This document shows, one piece after another, positions 47,923-57,433 of a stretch of DNA of 57,433 nt (positions within the stretch are counted from its first letter, which is position 1; the number at the start of each line of letters is the position of its first letter). Source of the stretch: Clostridia bacterium (GTDB taxonomy: Bacteria > Bacillota > Clostridia > Christensenellales > QALW01); the NCBI GenBank assembly GCA_045537705.1, contig JAZSPY010000089.1, forward strand, positions 1 through 57,433, given 5' to 3'. A program made the translations under genes and the position numbers. The notes beneath the pieces are model-generated. The model was given only the letters and a program-made list of their open reading frames with translations. It searched no databases and was not told the DNA's origin.

Positions 47923-48702
47923 TTGAAAAACTATTTATATGATTTGATAATACTTAACGTGCTTGCAGCAAACCGCATTTCTTTAAAAAAGGGCGCAAGT
48001 TCTAAAAAAATCAACCGGGAATATACAGGAATTTTAATTAAAACCCAGGGTTCAACAATATATAAGCAAAACGGAAAGGATTTTATTTTAGACCGTAACC
48101 ATATCGTTGTTTTGCCAAAGGGTTGTGATTATGAATACTCCTGTTTAGAAGAAGGCACCTGTTTTTTAATTGAATTTAATACCACAACAATTGAAAACAG
48201 TGAAATTCTTTCTATTCCGATAACAAATGTTGAAGAATTTATCAGTCTTTTTAAAAGAATAGAACACACCCTTAATTTTAATGAAATTGGGCAAAACGTT
48301 TTTTTACTTGCAGATGCCTACCGTTTTTTAACTAAACTGGTTGATCAGCTTACAAAAGATTACGTACCAAAGCAAAACACGTTGCTTTTAATGCCTGCTT
48401 TAACATATATTGAAGAAAATATTTCTTCCGCTATGCCATCAAACGAATTTTTAGCATCCCTTTGTAGTATAAGTTGTGTGTATTTCAGAAAGCTTTTTGT
48501 TAAAAATTTTGGTATGCCACCATCAAAATACATAACAATGCAAAAAATACAAAAAGCAAAAGGGTTAATAATAAGCGATTTTATTTCTTTTAATGATATT
48601 GCCCAATCTTGCGGTTTTACAAGCATATATCATTTTTCTAAAGTGTTTAAAAAAGAAACGGGAATGACCCCATCAGAATATAAACGTACAGCAAAACAAT
48701 AA
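47923..48702 (+). CDS. AraC family transcriptional regulator
   Basis: C-terminal GFTSIYHFSKVFKKETGMTPSEY; AAGGTGG RBS. Confidence 0.9.
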   Translation: MKNYLYDLIILNVLAANRISLKKGASSKKINREYTGILIKTQGSTIYKQNGKDFILDRNHIVVLPKGCDYEYSCLEEGTCFLIEFNTTTIENSEILSIPITNVEEFISLFKRIEHTLNFNEIGQNVFLLADAYRFLTKLVDQLTKDYVPKQNTLLLMPALTYIEENISSAMPSNEFLASLCSISCVYFRKLFVKNFGMPPSKYITMQKIQKAKGLIISDFISFNDIAQSCGFTSIYHFSKVFKKETGMTPSEYKRTAKQ

Positions 48703-48703
48703 A

Positions 48704-48732
48704 AAAACAGCGTTGTTTTTCAACGCTGTTTT
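48704..48732. terminator. Bidirectional intrinsic terminator
   Basis: AAAACAGCGTTG-TTTTT-CAACGCTGTTTT. Confidence 0.8.
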
Positions 48733-48735
48733 CTT

Positions 48736-50181
48736 TTAATTAAACATTTTTATTGCATTTTCAATTCGTTTTAAAGTTTCTTCCTTGCCTATAATATCAG
48801 CTAATTCAACTGCACCGCCGGGTGTTGAATCTAATCCGCAAAGAGCAACACGGGCAGGCCACATTATCATACCGTTCTTTTTGCCGGTTTCCTGTGCTAA
48901 GGAAATTAACGCATCGTGAATAGTTTCTTCGCTCCATTCTGTTAAGCTTTCATATTTAGCTAAAACCTGAATTAAGCTTTCCTTTGCGCCGGCACAATCT
49001 AACTTAAACTTTTTATGGCAGTACATTTCAGTTGAATGCTCTGCAACAACAGGTAAGAATTTTAATTTTTCAGGAATCTCAGATAGAATTTCAGTTCTTG
49101 ACTGTATAAGCTTTAATAACTTTCTGCTATCGTATTGTTTAAGGCTTTCTTCTTTTTCAAGCCACGGTTTTGCCATTTCGTAGAAAGTATCAAAATCCAT
49201 AGCCTTAATATATTCGCTATTCATCCAACGAAGCTTATTTATATCAAAAATTGATGGTGATTTACTGATGCCTTCTAAAGAAAATGCTTCAATTAACTCT
49301 TCTCTTGTATAGATTTCCTTGTTTGATCCATCGTTCCAGCCTAAAAGAGCAATGTAATTTACAACTGCATCCGTTAAGAAGCCATCATCTAATAAATCAT
49401 GGAAAGATTTATCACCGTGGCGTTTTGAAAGCTTATGTTGTGCATCGCGCATAATTAGGGGTAAATGCACGTAAATGGGGGGTTCCCAGCCAAAAGCTTC
49501 ATATAAAAGGTTGTATTTTGGTGTTGAAGAAAGATATTCGCATCCCCTTAAAACGTGGGTAATGCCCATTAAATGATCATCAACAACGTTTGCAAAGTTG
49601 TATGTGGGCAAGCCATCGCTTTTTAAAAGAATCATATCATCTAAATCGTTTGAATTTACTGTTACGTGGCCAAAAATTGCATCATCAAAAGAAACTTCTT
49701 TATTTTCAGGTGTGTTTTGACGGATAACGTACTTTTCCCCTGATGCGATTCTTTTTTCTATTTCTTCTTTACTTAAATTAAGGCAAGTTTTGGGATATTT
49801 ATATGTTTCGCCTTTTGCTTCAGCTGCTGCCCTATCATTTTCAAGCTGTTCATCAGTACAGAAGCAATAATATGCTGCGCCTTTTTCAATAAGTTTTTTT
49901 GCATATTCTAAATAAATAGGTCTTCTTTCTGACTGAAAATATGGGCCGCAATTCCCTTCTTTACCGGGACCTTCATCATAAGTTAAACCTGTCTGCTCCA
50001 AGGTTTTAAAAATAATCTCTGTTGCAGATTCCTGTAAACGAACCTGATCCGTATCTTCAATTCTTACTACAAAATCTCCACCTGTTTTTCTTGCAAAAAG
50101 GTAGCCGTAAAGCGCTGTACGAAGGTTACCGATATGCATATTACCTGTGGGGCTTGGTGCAAAACGAGTTCTGACTTTCAT
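48736..50181 (-). CDS. gltX: Glutamate--tRNA ligase
   Basis: RFAPSPTG, HIGN, RIEDTD, KLSKR. Confidence 0.97.
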   Translation of the reverse strand: MKVRTRFAPSPTGNMHIGNLRTALYGYLFARKTGGDFVVRIEDTDQVRLQESATEIIFKTLEQTGLTYDEGPGKEGNCGPYFQSERRPIYLEYAKKLIEKGAAYYCFCTDEQLENDRAAAEAKGETYKYPKTCLNLSKEEIEKRIASGEKYVIRQNTPENKEVSFDDAIFGHVTVNSNDLDDMILLKSDGLPTYNFANVVDDHLMGITHVLRGCEYLSSTPKYNLLYEAFGWEPPIYVHLPLIMRDAQHKLSKRHGDKSFHDLLDDGFLTDAVVNYIALLGWNDGSNKEIYTREELIEAFSLEGISKSPSIFDINKLRWMNSEYIKAMDFDTFYEMAKPWLEKEESLKQYDSRKLLKLIQSRTEILSEIPEKLKFLPVVAEHSTEMYCHKKFKLDCAGAKESLIQVLAKYESLTEWSEETIHDALISLAQETGKKNGMIMWPARVALCGLDSTPGGAVELADIIGKEETLKRIENAIKMFN

Positions 50182-50191
50182 TTTTATCTCC

Positions 50192-51133
50192 TTAAATTCC
50201 TTTTTCTAAAAAGTTTATCTCTTTTTCTGTTAATCTTATATGTATTCCTTTTTCTGCAATTAAAAGCTGTTCAACATTTGAAAAACCGCCGATAACTGAA
50301 GCGTTTAAGCCTTTTGAAAGCACGTAGCTAAGTAAAAGTGCCGGAATACTTACGTTTTTTTCATTTGATAATTGATTTATTCTATCAAACCGCCTGAAGT
50401 TTTCTTTTAGTGGCAAATATGATTTTTGCCCTGACGGTTTTAAAGTTTCACCTGTTATCTGCTTTGAAAAAAAGCCTTTTGCCTGTACTGAATACGCAAT
50501 TAAGGGAAATTTAGTCTCCTTATACCAACTATATTCAATATCATTCATAACAACGTGGGTTATATCCCCTGTTAATGCGGGGGTAGTTTGCGCTAAAGAA
50601 TAGTTTATCTGGCTTGCGCTAAATGGTTTTAGCCCGCTTTTTAAAGCGTATTCGTTTGCTGAATCTATCCTGCCTGCAGTCCAATTAGAAGCACCGATTT
50701 CTTTAACTTTACCCTGTTTAATAAATCCGTTTGCGATTTCAATAAGTTCTTCAGGTGATTTTGAAATATCATCCCTGTGTAAAAAATAAAGATCAATATA
50801 ATCTGTATTTAACGCTTTTAAAGAAGCATCAATATCCTTTTGAAGTTCATTTTTACTTAATCGTGGCAGATGCATTTTTGTTTTATCTTTAGGAAATCCG
50901 CCTTTTGAAATTAAAACAACTTTTTCCCTGTTTTTATTTTTAAGATATTCCCCTAAAAATTCTTCTGCTCTGCCTTCTTCATAACTTCTTGCAACATCCA
51001 AGGTATTATAACATAAATCAAGATATCTGTCTAAAATATTAAAACATTCTTTTTTATATTTTATATTCCCTAATCTGCCGGTGCCTAAAACAAAATTATT
51101 TATTTTTACGCTTCCAACGTCTATTCTTTCCAT
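50192..51133 (-). CDS. Aldo/keto reductase
   Basis: LDVARSY, SKGG, DYIDLYFLHRD, GKVKEIGASNW, SQINYSL. Confidence 0.9.
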   Translation of the reverse strand: MERIDVGSVKINNFVLGTGRLGNIKYKKECFNILDRYLDLCYNTLDVARSYEEGRAEEFLGEYLKNKNREKVVLISKGGFPKDKTKMHLPRLSKNELQKDIDASLKALNTDYIDLYFLHRDDISKSPEELIEIANGFIKQGKVKEIGASNWTAGRIDSANEYALKSGLKPFSASQINYSLAQTTPALTGDITHVVMNDIEYSWYKETKFPLIAYSVQAKGFFSKQITGETLKPSGQKSYLPLKENFRRFDRINQLSNEKNVSIPALLLSYVLSKGLNASVIGGFSNVEQLLIAEKGIHIRLTEKEINFLEKGI

Positions 51134-52200
51134 ACCTTGCCTTTTACTACCTTAAAGAAGTTTACATTCATATTTTTAAAGTAATCTACCGGTTGTGCAA
51201 CGGTAATAATCGTTTGTACATCCTTTATCTTATCTAAAAGCAGTTTTTGTCTAGTTGGGTCTAATTCAGAAAGCACATCATCAAGTAAAAGTACGGGATA
51301 TTCGCCTAAATCTTCTTTCATCATTTCAAGTTCAGAAAGTTTTAACGCTAGCGTTGCCGTTCTTTGTTGACCCTGTGAACCAAAATATCTTAAATCAATA
51401 TCCCCAAGTTTTATGATAATATCATCTTTATGGGGGCCAATTGTTGTAAAACCACGTTTAAGATCAGTTTCGTGATTTTTTTCTAAAAGTTCAAGCATTG
51501 CCTGTTCAATATCTTCCCTATTAAAAACTGAATCCTTATATATACAGTTAAGTTCTTCTTTATTAGAAGAAAGATATTGATGCATCTGATTAACTAAAGG
51601 TTGAAGACGTTTACAAAATTCCCGCCTTGCCTTAATAATAGGAACCGCCCTTTGTGCTAAAAGAGTATCCCAAACAAATAAATCGTTTGCTTTTGTGGTT
51701 TCCTTTAATAATGAATTACGCTGTTCTAAAACCTTATTATACTCGTTTAACGCATAAAAATAACTTTTAGAAACCTGCGAAAGTTCAATATCCATAAATC
51801 TACGGCGTTTTTGCGGGCCTTCTTTTACTAAATCAAGATCTTCCGGTGAAAAAATAACACCGCTTAATTGCCCTAATATTTCACTTATTCTTGAAATGGC
51901 AAGACCGTTAACTAAAATGCGCTTTTTTTGCCCCCGCGCCATAACCATATCAACAGTATGTCTACCATCTTTTTGAATATCTTCAATCCTTATTCTTGCC
52001 CAAGGCTTATCAAACTTTATCATATCGTATTCACGATTTGTACGATGACTTCTTCCTGTACATAAAAGGTAAATCGCTTCAACAATATTAGTTTTACCCT
52101 GACCGTTATCGCCATATAAAATTGTTATTCCATTAGGAAAATTAAGCTCCAGATTTTCATATGACCGAAAATTCCAGAGCTGTAATTTAGATAAATACAT
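51121..52200 (-). CDS. recF: DNA replication/repair protein RecF
   Basis: NFRSY, GDNGQGKTN, GSQGQQR, LLLDDVLSELD. Confidence 0.97.
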   Translation of the reverse strand: MYLSKLQLWNFRSYENLELNFPNGITILYGDNGQGKTNIVEAIYLLCTGRSHRTNREYDMIKFDKPWARIRIEDIQKDGRHTVDMVMARGQKKRILVNGLAISRISEILGQLSGVIFSPEDLDLVKEGPQKRRRFMDIELSQVSKSYFYALNEYNKVLEQRNSLLKETTKANDLFVWDTLLAQRAVPIIKARREFCKRLQPLVNQMHQYLSSNKEELNCIYKDSVFNREDIEQAMLELLEKNHETDLKRGFTTIGPHKDDIIIKLGDIDLRYFGSQGQQRTATLALKLSELEMMKEDLGEYPVLLLDDVLSELDPTRQKLLLDKIKDVQTIITVAQPVDYFKNMNVNFFKVVKGKVWKE

Positions 52201-52201
52201 A

Positions 52202-53302
52202 TTATAATCTTACCGGTAAAATTAAATATAAATACTTATCCCCATCAACAGGGGTTGTTACTGTGGGGCTTGTTGCTGTTGTATATGAAAACTTAATAAA
52301 TTCATCTTCAATGTTTTTAAGACATTCAACAAAATATCTTGGATTTACACCGATTTCAATAGGTGAAGCATTACCTTGAACGTTTACTTCTTCATAAGCG
52401 TTGCCTGTATCAGAACGTGAAGTAATAACAAGTTTATCTTCATTAAACTTAAATAAAATATAATTATTACGAACGTTTTCCCTAACAATAAGCCAGGCAC
52501 GGTCAATAGCTTCTAAAAGTTCAATACGATTAACTATAACCGAACTTGTCATATTAGTTGGAATAATAGGCCTGTACTTAACAAATTCACCTTCAATTAA
52601 GCGGGTCATAATCTTAGTTTCTTCAATTTCAACCATACAGAAGCTTTTTTGAATATAAATTCTTGCTAAATCATCACTATCGGAAATAATTTTAATAATT
52701 TCTGATAGTGCGCGAGCAGGAATAATTGCTTTAATAGGTTCTGCAATATCTTGTAAATATGAATTTCTTAAAGATAATCTGCAACCATCTAAAGCAACAA
52801 CTGTAATATTTTCTTTATCAATATCAAATAAACAACCTGTTAAAATAGGCCTTGATTCATCAGTTGCAGTTGCAAAGATAGTTTGGTTAATCATCTTCTT
52901 TAAATCGCCCTGTGGAATGGTAATAAAACTATCCCTGTCAATTACAGGAAGTGCAGGATATTCACTTGGATCCAGTGCAGAAATATTTATTTTTGTAAAG
53001 TTATTTGTAACTTCAATTCCGTTAGTAAAATCACCTTTAATTTTAATCATACCATCAGGCATTTTACGAATAACTTCATTAAAGAATTTACCGTTAATAA
53101 CAACCTGACCTTCTTCTTCAATATCTGCTGCAATTTTAGTTTGAATTGTTAATGAAGAATCTGTTGTTGTTAAAACAATATCTGAATTTCTTGCATTAAA
53201 TAAAATACCTTCATAAATAGGATTAACGCTTTTTGATGGAAGCGCTTTTGAAGCAATATTTAATCCGTTTAATAACGTGGCCTTATCGCATGAAAAAATC
53301 AT
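52202..53302 (-). CDS. dnaN: DNA polymerase III beta sliding clamp
   Basis: SRPILTG, VALDGCRL, RLIEGEF, C-terminal YLILPVRL. Confidence 0.96.
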   Translation of the reverse strand: MIFSCDKATLLNGLNIASKALPSKSVNPIYEGILFNARNSDIVLTTTDSSLTIQTKIAADIEEEGQVVINGKFFNEVIRKMPDGMIKIKGDFTNGIEVTNNFTKINISALDPSEYPALPVIDRDSFITIPQGDLKKMINQTIFATATDESRPILTGCLFDIDKENITVVALDGCRLSLRNSYLQDIAEPIKAIIPARALSEIIKIISDSDDLARIYIQKSFCMVEIEETKIMTRLIEGEFVKYRPIIPTNMTSSVIVNRIELLEAIDRAWLIVRENVRNNYILFKFNEDKLVITSRSDTGNAYEEVNVQGNASPIEIGVNPRYFVECLKNIEDEFIKFSYTTATSPTVTTPVDGDKYLYLILPVRL

Positions 53303-53742
53303 AATTTTTACCTCGCCTTAATATAATAATAAATGAATATATTTAATCATATTCATAATAAGCTATGTTTATAATATGGATAACTTTTAAAACCCTTATT
53401 ATAACTGAATTTTAACTAAAAAACGCCTGTGGACGAGCAGTTTTTTAATTGTTGACAGATTTTAATAACTTTTTTTAAAAAGTAAAAAAATCACGGATTT
53501 TACTAATATTATTATACCATTTTTAATGTTTTTTTGCAATAGTTATATATAAAATTGTAAAAAATATTTAAAAGTAAATAACAGGTATGTGGATAACTTA
53601 AAATTTGTAAATTTTATAAAAATATTGTTAACTAAGTGAATTTATTTATATGTGGATAAGTTGACAATTTTTAAAAAGCAAGCAAAATAAATACTTTATT
53701 AAATTAAGTTATCAACAACGTATGTTTATATAATGTGAAAAG
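53303..53742. other. Putative replication origin (oriC)
   Basis: Perfect DnaA boxes TGTGGATAA at 53588 and 53651. Near-matches at 53366, 53375, 53428 and 53709. Trio-like 18-mer at 53344-53361. Very AT-rich and directly upstream of dnaN. Confidence 0.8.
53511..53539 (-). promoter_or_regulatory. sigma-A promoter for dnaN-recF
   Basis: TTGCAA (53539-53534), 17 bp, TG-extended TATAAT (53516-53511). Confidence 0.65.
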
Positions 53743-53773
53743 AAAAAACTACTGAAAAAATCAGTAGTTTTTT
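53743..53773 (-). terminator. Intrinsic terminator after the GH99-like genes
   Basis: AAAAAACTACTGA-AAAAA-TCAGTAGTTTTTT. Confidence 0.75.
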
Positions 53774-53775
53774 TG

Positions 53776-54810
53776 TTATTTTATAATTGATTTTATTGCA
53801 TCAAGCCTACCTGTATCAATAAGTTTTTTACCAAAATCATCATAAAGTTGGTTACCGTTTTCATCAACTTTTAAAGTTGGGCAAAGCCAACCGCCTTCAT
53901 CATGTTCATTCCAGGCATAAATTATGCAGGTATTGGATATTGTAACATCAAAATTATCAGGATTTAATAAATATTCTTTTGCAAACTTATATTGTTCTTT
54001 AATTTCGTTTTCAGATGCATAACCAACATAATCGTTTTCTTCAACTTTCATCCAGGTAACAGGCGTATCAAATCTTGGATGTGGATGCCAGCCTGCAGAA
54101 AGCGGTAAAATATTATCAATACCTTCTTCTCTGCTTTCATTATGATGGCGCTGCCAAAGAGTATAAACGTCTTTATCCAAAAACTCTCTGAAAGTTTTAT
54201 TTGATCCGCCAATTGAATACCTTGAAATTGCATCTGCGCCCATTTCTTTAATGGTTTTAGGACCGATACCGCAAACAACAAAGAAAGGTGTAGGAATGTT
54301 TTCTTTTAAACAGGCTTCTTTATAAAAAGCAATATCCTGTTTAATTTTATCAACGGTGTGATGCCAGGCAAAGTAATAAACAAGAGGCCTATCATTTATT
54401 TTTTGATAATAATCTTCTTTAAAAAGCTGAAGTAATTCAACATGAGCATAATCTTTTAAAATTCCGTTATTATCTAAAAATGCACAGAGTTTAACTTGAT
54501 TTCTGTATTTACTTGTTTTGTGAAAATCACGTGCCATTCTTAATCCTGAATGACTATACCAAACGTAAGCAAAATAATCAATACCGGTATCTATTGCATA
54601 TTCCATTTCTTTATCAAAAATTTCTTGTGAATATTCAGGAATATAAACTTCGCCATTTTCATCAATTTCAGCAAAAAAAGGTGCGCGGAAATGATATTCG
54701 GGTTTAGATAATGCTTTTAAACTTTGGGCACTTGTATCAGTTGCTTCCCTTGCAGGGTACCATGCATCCCAACGAATTGCACCATAAGTAGTTTTATTCA
54801 CCCTGTTCAT
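53776..54810 (-). CDS. GH99/GH71-like glycoside hydrolase domain protein (catalytic domain only)
   Basis: GAIRWDAW, GIDYFAYVWY, RPLVYY, IYAWNEHDEGGW (WNExxEG); no signal peptide. Confidence 0.65.
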   Translation of the reverse strand: MNRVNKTTYGAIRWDAWYPAREATDTSAQSLKALSKPEYHFRAPFFAEIDENGEVYIPEYSQEIFDKEMEYAIDTGIDYFAYVWYSHSGLRMARDFHKTSKYRNQVKLCAFLDNNGILKDYAHVELLQLFKEDYYQKINDRPLVYYFAWHHTVDKIKQDIAFYKEACLKENIPTPFFVVCGIGPKTIKEMGADAISRYSIGGSNKTFREFLDKDVYTLWQRHHNESREEGIDNILPLSAGWHPHPRFDTPVTWMKVEENDYVGYASENEIKEQYKFAKEYLLNPDNFDVTISNTCIIYAWNEHDEGGWLCPTLKVDENGNQLYDDFGKKLIDTGRLDAIKSIIK

Positions 54811-57256
54811 TTTGTACTTCCTCTTTTTTATTTTTCTTTTTAATGATAATAATAGTTACTATAACTGCACCGCAAACAACCAGAGCACCTGCGGCAACAG
54901 CAATATATAAACCTAAAGAATTGTTATTATCTGGATTGTTATTATTACCATGGTTCTGTGTAGGTTTAACAGTTTGTGTGTTAACGTTTGAAATACCATC
55001 AACTATGATTTCAGTTCTTTTTCCTGCTTTAAAATCATCAATAGCCTGCTTTACAATTTTAACACGGCTATCATTGATTTTCTTTGTGCCATCATCATTA
55101 TAAAGCTGATTACCGTTTTCATCAACCGCAAGGGTGGGGCAAATCCAGGAACCTTCATCATGTTCATTCCAGGCATAGAAAATAACTGTATTTAATTTTG
55201 TTTTAAGCTGAACGTTGGGATGATCCATATATGAAAGAGCATAAGAAATATGATCATACATTTCTTCATCAGTTGGATAAGGAACCCAGGAATTTTCGTC
55301 AACCTTCATCCATTGAACAGGATTTTTATATCTTGGTTCAGCGTGCCAACCGAAAGTAAGGTTAGGAACGTACTGTACCTGTGAGGTATTATAACCAAAC
55401 CAGTTATTCTGAACGCCTGTAATAAATTCATTAAAGGATTTATCACTTGTTCCGCCAACAGAATATCTTGAGAAAGCATCACCGTAAATCTTTGTTGCTT
55501 CCTGACCACTCATATTCATAATAACAACGTAAGGTGCAGGAATACCAAGTTCTTCACATTTTGCACGATAATATTTGATTTCCTTTTGTGCAGCCTGTAA
55601 TTCAGAATTTTTATTACTTGTGGTAAGGTAATAATACATTAAAGGTCTGCCATCAAAAACCGTAAAATAGTAGGATTCTTTAAAATGTTCAATGATTTCA
55701 TTACGGGCAACAGTTTTATTAAAACTATTACTTGAAAGCATCATTACCATCTTAACGTCATCTTTATATTGGCTTGTGGGATGAAGTTTTCTTGCTGCAG
55801 ACATTTCACCATCATACCAAAGGTAAGCAAAGTAATCAATACCTGCTTCCTTTGCATAAAGCATTTCCTGATCAAAAATTTCCTGTGAAGGACGGGGCAG
55901 TGAAATATTTCCTTCTTCTGTGATAGTAGCAAAGAAGGGTGCACGGAAATGGTATTCACTAGGTGAAAGAGTTTTTTCTACCTGCATAACGTTACCTGCA
56001 GAAACACCTGTATTAAGCCAGCAGTCCCAACGGATTGCACCAAAGGTAAATTCTTCTTCCCTTGGTGAAGTTAAGGTTGTAATATGCTCCATTTTGTAAT
56101 CGGCATATTCTTCCTTTTGAACACTGTTAGGATCAACGCCTGAAACTGCCGAAGTTTTAATCAGTGAAAAATCATCAACAACAATATCGGGACATCCTTT
56201 TGTATAGAAGAAAATCTTTGCTTCTTCAAAGCCTGCGCCTGCTTCAAATTCCATTTCAGCATTTAAAGCAAACTGTTGCCATTCTGATTTTAAAACTTTC
56301 CAGGCACTTGAATGATATCTTGTGCCGGAGCCATCTTTCTTTCTGAAAATAACACGTAATTGACCTTCATATTCTTTTTCGCCGGGATCAAAATCTTCAG
56401 GAAGTTTTACCCAAACGCTTGCCCGATATGAGCCAGGACCGTAAAGAGTTAAAGCGTCTTCAAGGTTTTGTGAATGGGACATATCGTTGGATCTGCCTTT
56501 GATTACTAAACCAAAGTCACCGGAATGTGCGTAATCTTCGCTAATTTCAACATCGCCCCTACCATTAGCATCCCAGTCAGTTTCATCGCCTTCTTCAAAG
56601 CCGGGGTTTGAAAGCATTTCTTTTCCCTTTTGTGCAGATGAAGTGTTGTCCGGTGCGGCACCGCCTTCAACCTGATCTAACGGAACACCGTTTACTTCAT
56701 CTATTTTTACTAATGAAAAATCATCAACAAGAACGTTAGGCGCAACACCGCCTGAACCGTAACTTTGCTGATAAATTAAAGCAGTTTTAAAACCTTTGAT
56801 AGGATCAAATTCAATTTTGCCTTCAAAGGTGAACTGTTGCCACTGGGTAGTTAATTTCTTTTGGCCACTACCATAGTATTTTGCAGATTCTTGTTCGTTT
56901 GATTGAACGTTTAAAACAAGCATACAGTTAATGGGTGTATCGCTTTCTTCTTCAAGGCGAACCCAAACGCTTGCTTTATATTTACCGGGGCCGTTTAACG
57001 TAAGGATATTTCTGATATCCTGTGCAACGGTACCATATTGGCTTGTTCTTTCTTTAATCAAGATACCCTTGTTGCCTGAATGGGCATATTTTTTGCCAAT
57101 TTCATACGTTGCGGCGCCGTAAGGAGAATAACCTTTATCGCCATCTTCAATACCCGGGTTTTTTAAAAGTTCTTCTGTTTGAGCAAAGATAGTTATCCCT
57201 GATAAAGCAGAAAGTACAAAAATGAATACAAGAAATAATGATAAAAACTTTTTCAT
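54794..57256 (-). CDS. Surface-anchored protein: two CBM4/9/22-like modules + GH99-like domain + C-terminal TM
   Basis: Signal peptide. Two repeats (NPGIEDG/NPGFEEG, AHSG, YxASVWV, WQQF, VDDFSL). GAIRWD...WNEHDEG domain. C-terminal TM and KKKNKK. Confidence 0.75.
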   Translation of the reverse strand: MKKFLSLFLVFIFVLSALSGITIFAQTEELLKNPGIEDGDKGYSPYGAATYEIGKKYAHSGNKGILIKERTSQYGTVAQDIRNILTLNGPGKYKASVWVRLEEESDTPINCMLVLNVQSNEQESAKYYGSGQKKLTTQWQQFTFEGKIEFDPIKGFKTALIYQQSYGSGGVAPNVLVDDFSLVKIDEVNGVPLDQVEGGAAPDNTSSAQKGKEMLSNPGFEEGDETDWDANGRGDVEISEDYAHSGDFGLVIKGRSNDMSHSQNLEDALTLYGPGSYRASVWVKLPEDFDPGEKEYEGQLRVIFRKKDGSGTRYHSSAWKVLKSEWQQFALNAEMEFEAGAGFEEAKIFFYTKGCPDIVVDDFSLIKTSAVSGVDPNSVQKEEYADYKMEHITTLTSPREEEFTFGAIRWDCWLNTGVSAGNVMQVEKTLSPSEYHFRAPFFATITEEGNISLPRPSQEIFDQEMLYAKEAGIDYFAYLWYDGEMSAARKLHPTSQYKDDVKMVMMLSSNSFNKTVARNEIIEHFKESYYFTVFDGRPLMYYYLTTSNKNSELQAAQKEIKYYRAKCEELGIPAPYVVIMNMSGQEATKIYGDAFSRYSVGGTSDKSFNEFITGVQNNWFGYNTSQVQYVPNLTFGWHAEPRYKNPVQWMKVDENSWVPYPTDEEMYDHISYALSYMDHPNVQLKTKLNTVIFYAWNEHDEGSWICPTLAVDENGNQLYNDDGTKKINDSRVKIVKQAIDDFKAGKRTEIIVDGISNVNTQTVKPTQNHGNNNNPDNNNSLGLYIAVAAGALVVCGAVIVTIIIIKKKNKKEEVQNEQGE

Positions 57257-57387
57257 AATTTCCTCCATAATAATATTTTATATATACATAGTATATCATT
57301 ACGCGCTAAAAAAATCAATGTGCACAAAAAATAAAAACGCGCAATATTTAAAGATTTAGGCTTAATATTTAAAGAAGTTGTGGATTT

Positions 57388-57433
57388 TTAGCCATTCTTT
57401 TTCTTTTTAATGATGATTATTGCCACAATGCCA
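57388..57433 (-). CDS. 3' end of another C-terminally anchored protein (partial)
   Basis: Minus strand reads GIVAIIIIKKKKNG-stop, the same anchor type as the neighbouring gene. Confidence 0.55.
   Translation of the reverse strand, partial: GIVAIIIIKKKKNG

Overview
Low-GC Firmicute (Clostridia-like, probably spore-forming) chromosomal window. Housekeeping genes: dnaX-ybaB-recR, radC, spoIIAA-spoIIAB-sigF, miaB-mutS-mutL-miaA, aspartate kinase, cysK, gltX, recF and dnaN. Carbohydrate genes: uxaC-uxuA-uxuB-eda-kdgK, a GH2 with a GPH symporter, two DUF4091/GH123-like paralogs and two GH99-like paralogs. A three-gene corrinoid methyltransferase module sits beside them. The strongest unexplained signals are non-coding. 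(1) A rare tRNA-Leu(AAG) is followed by an array of short structured cassettes, each ending in a copy of the tRNA 3' end; two also carry an antisense copy of it, and no integrase is present. (2) A strand-symmetric 4+4 ladder of AATATCACT-like 9-mers, most followed by a hairpin, lies at 3472-3646. (3) An oriC-like region (DnaA boxes plus DnaA-trio-like repeats) lies upstream of dnaN, but dnaA is not beside it. Also notable are a possible B12-dependent methyl-sugar demethylation locus and a cluster of four apparent C-to-T changes in uxuB. All calls come from reading the sequence and recognising motifs; no searches were run.
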